A stretch of DNA of 27,150 nt from Hormoscilla sp. (GTDB lineage: Bacteria; Cyanobacteriota; Cyanobacteriia; Cyanobacteriales; Desertifilaceae): contig JBFRWI010000032.1 of assembly GCA_051439505.1 (NCBI GenBank), positions 1 to 27,150 on the forward strand. Direction: 5' to 3'. Shown here one piece after another: positions 24,896-27,150 of this stretch (within the stretch, counting starts at the first letter, position 1; every line of letters begins with the position of its first letter). A program made the translations under genes and the position numbers. Under the pieces are notes generated by a model that was not told the DNA's origin, ran no database searches, and saw only the letters and a program-made list of their open reading frames with translations.

Positions 24896-26164
24896 TTAGG
24901 TAATCAGAGACAGATCGACAGCACCAAAGTTGGTGATCAAAGCCAGATTCACGTGTTCAAAGGCTTCGATTAACCACTGCACTGCATCTCGGGTACAGGA
25001 CTCGTAGTGATTGTACAAAATCGCCAGTCGCTTTTCCAGGTATGGCTTCACCTTCCGACAGATGAGCACGATCTTCAGCAATAAGCCCACCGTCCGGGCC
25101 GGTCCGTTGTTGGCAATCAGGTCAACAAAGACAAAGTGATTCGGGTTCGCGCCGTTTTCCACCACCAGGAAGTTCAGCAGCTGAGAGCAAGTGCGGACCA
25201 CCAAGAAGTCGCTCAACTTCTGATCTTCGCTAGTCGGGAGCGCTTTTTTCAGGCGATCGCACAGTTGCCGATTAAATTTCCGCTGACCGTACCCCGGATC
25301 TATCGATGCTGTCAGGTATTCGTAGAGGTCGCGTTTGTAAGTTTTGTAGGATTGGGGTTGGGTGGTGTTGTTCACGAATTTCTGGGCCAATTCCCGATGG
25401 GTGTAGGAACCTTCCACTTTCCCCACGAATTGCTTCAGGGCCACTACCAGTTCCCGATCGCTCATGAGGGTCGGATTTGGGTGACGTTTGAGCATCTTCG
25501 CCACCTTTTCGGGGGGATATTTGCGGGCCAATTGAGAACGCCGCACCTGGTAAGTTACGTATTGAGACAGGCCCACTTCAAATTTCCGCTGTCTTTCCGT
25601 TTGTAGCTGTCTGACCGTTTGCTGTTGTTCGTAATTGCTTTCTTCTCCCAACATGCAATGGGAGTACAGGTATGGGTAGCGGCTAATCAATCCCCCTAAA
25701 GGTTTATCTCCCTTCTTTTCATTCACCTCTGCCGTTTCGCTAAATACCTGGGCCAAGCGAGACAGAGTCAGATACTGCTCGCTATTGACAAAATCCTGTA
25801 CCAGAGGTCGCAACCGCCTCACTGATATCCTATGAGTATAACTACCCAGGCCATTTCCTTTACCATAATTTTCAAACAGCCCCACTAACTGCGGTATCGC
25901 CCCTTGCATTTGGGGCTGCCTGCGCCAGTAGTTGATCGGGATGTAGCAGCATCTATTGAGGATAAACTTGAACTCTTGGCCTGCCTTTTTCTCTGCTGTC
26001 AGGCGATCTAATGCCGCTTTGATTTCATGTTCTGGGTAATTTCCCTCGATAAACAAAGCCTGAAAGCGATTTATCATCTCCTCTGGTGATGACTCTCGCA
26101 CGTAGGAGAGCAGATGGTCGTAGGTCAGCTGCTCCTGGTTTTTATTTTGATTTTCACCGGTCAC
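24896..26164 (-). CDS. Conserved cyanobacterial hypothetical protein
   Basis: About 422 aa with motifs YDHLL, ILNRCC and RYPYLY. SD AAGGAGG lies 8 nt before GTG 26164; the ORF-track start 26173 overlaps that SD. Confidence 0.85.
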   Translation of the reverse strand: MTGENQNKNQEQLTYDHLLSYVRESSPEEMINRFQALFIEGNYPEHEIKAALDRLTAEKKAGQEFKFILNRCCYIPINYWRRQPQMQGAIPQLVGLFENYGKGNGLGSYTHRISVRRLRPLVQDFVNSEQYLTLSRLAQVFSETAEVNEKKGDKPLGGLISRYPYLYSHCMLGEESNYEQQQTVRQLQTERQRKFEVGLSQYVTYQVRRSQLARKYPPEKVAKMLKRHPNPTLMSDRELVVALKQFVGKVEGSYTHRELAQKFVNNTTQPQSYKTYKRDLYEYLTASIDPGYGQRKFNRQLCDRLKKALPTSEDQKLSDFLVVRTCSQLLNFLVVENGANPNHFVFVDLIANNGPARTVGLLLKIVLICRKVKPYLEKRLAILYNHYESCTRDAVQWLIEAFEHVNLALITNFGAVDLSLIT

Positions 26165-26996
26165 AGTATGCACCTCCTTTTGCTCTCCTATACGTTGATT
26201 TTCGGGTCACCGGATAACTGCCCGATCGGGTGGTCCCATTTTTCTCTCGATTTCTGGCATTTTTCTACTGCGGTGTCTTTGCTGCTTTTCTTTTGATCAC
26301 CCTGCGGGGTCATTTTCCTCTCTCTCCATTCTATTGTATCTGGACTTTTTTTCTACTACTGTGATTTTAGATGTAACCACATGTTACCTAAATCACCTTC
26401 TACATCGATCCTCGCACAAACCACTTACTTGCTTTTTAAATATTTGGTAAAGTTCTGTTTTCTCATCCGTATTTTTGATGAAGATTCTGTAAAGCTCTCC
26501 GGGTGAATTTACATAATCAATGATTTTTTTCACCCTCGACCTGGAAGTCTAACCCTATATTATAGCAGCATGTCGAAAATATAAATGTATATTCTGTCAC
26601 ATATATTCTGACTACCATGCTCCAGATGACTGACATAACGACATTTATAGAAAAATCTACAAGTATTAATACTGGTAGGAGAAGCTAAAAATAGCGATGG
26701 CGAGGCAGGACGGCCCCGGGGAAAAAGGAGAGGGGTGGGGGGCGATCGTCCGTGTTCTTGCCGGTACCACTGGTGGCAGGGTACTGGCCCCAAGGGGCTG
26801 GGCCCTGGCCATCTGGGGGCGATCGCCCTCATGAGAGCGACCGGCTGCAGGGGGATGTGAGAACAGTCGGGGGTGGTATAATTAATGATGAGGAGAAATT
26901 GTTGTTCCTGCGATCGATTATGAGAGAGTTTCCTAGCAGGTAGGAGAAGATGCGATCGCCTCTCAGCAAAGGGCGATCGCACTTTCTAAAATAAGA

Positions 26997-27150
26997 ACGC
27001 GATCGCCCGTTGTGGATGCATCCAGTAGGGGCACGGCATCCATAAATTATCGGGTAATATCAGAAATTTAATCGTGCCGTGCCCCGGTTTCTGTGCGCAC
27101 CAGGATGTTGCAGTCGGGCACGCGATCGCCCGTTGTGGATGCATCCAGTA
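26997..27150 (+). repeat. Start of a ~123-bp tandem unit containing HIP1 and a GTAG-type long REP hairpin; truncated by the window end
   Basis: ACGCGATCGCCCGTTGTGGATGCATCCAGTA at 26997 and 27120; GTAG-GGGCACGGCA...TGCCGTGCCC at 27025-27085. Confidence 0.85.

Larger units (their letters stand above)
1..27150. repeat. HIP1 octamer GCGATCGC, highly over-represented (cyanobacterial signature)
   Basis: About 30 perfect copies by manual count, e.g. at 54, 723, 2636, 4392, 6132, 16965, 23388 and 26952. Confidence 0.95.

Noticed and set aside
26373..26387. NtcA box
   Set aside because: The spacing is GTA-N9-TAC, not the canonical GTA-N8-TAC.
26560..26982. ORFs 26560-26982 (-) and 26752-26943 (+)
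   Set aside because: No recognisable motifs, and they lie in HIP1-rich intergenic sequence.

Overview
Cyanobacterial chromosomal window, probably from a filamentous strain: I count about 30 perfect HIP1 octamers (GCGATCGC) by eye, and the intergenic DNA is rich in GTAG-type REP hairpins. From left to right it contains: (1) the 5' part of a wHTH/NB-ARC (STAND) gene divergent from an AT-rich DUF4407-like membrane/coiled-coil gene, with phased 10-bp repeats between them; (2) a 1.3-kb repeat patch; (3) three tandem Hanks-type Ser/Thr kinases; (4) a UPF0175 gene with a truncated DUF3368 (PIN) partner; (5) a COP23-domain gene divergent from a filamentous-haemagglutinin-type TpsA; (6) a ~5-kb insert of toxin-antitoxin modules, TA remnants and three Rpn-like PD-(D/E)XK genes; (7) tpsB (ShlB/FhaC/HecB) overlapping a CHAT/TPR caspase-like protease gene; (8) a convergent DUF697-type GTPase and a conserved hypothetical gene. 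The most unusual signal is a 99-108 bp non-coding element in three diverged copies. It has fixed but asymmetric ends and no terminal inverted repeats, is always flanked by TA, sits at RTAG sites, and an empty site is visible in the window. Also notable are likely intragenic antitoxin starts in all three Rpn-like genes and REP-linked tandem copies of one Rpn gene's 3' end. All family assignments come from motif recognition, not from database searches.
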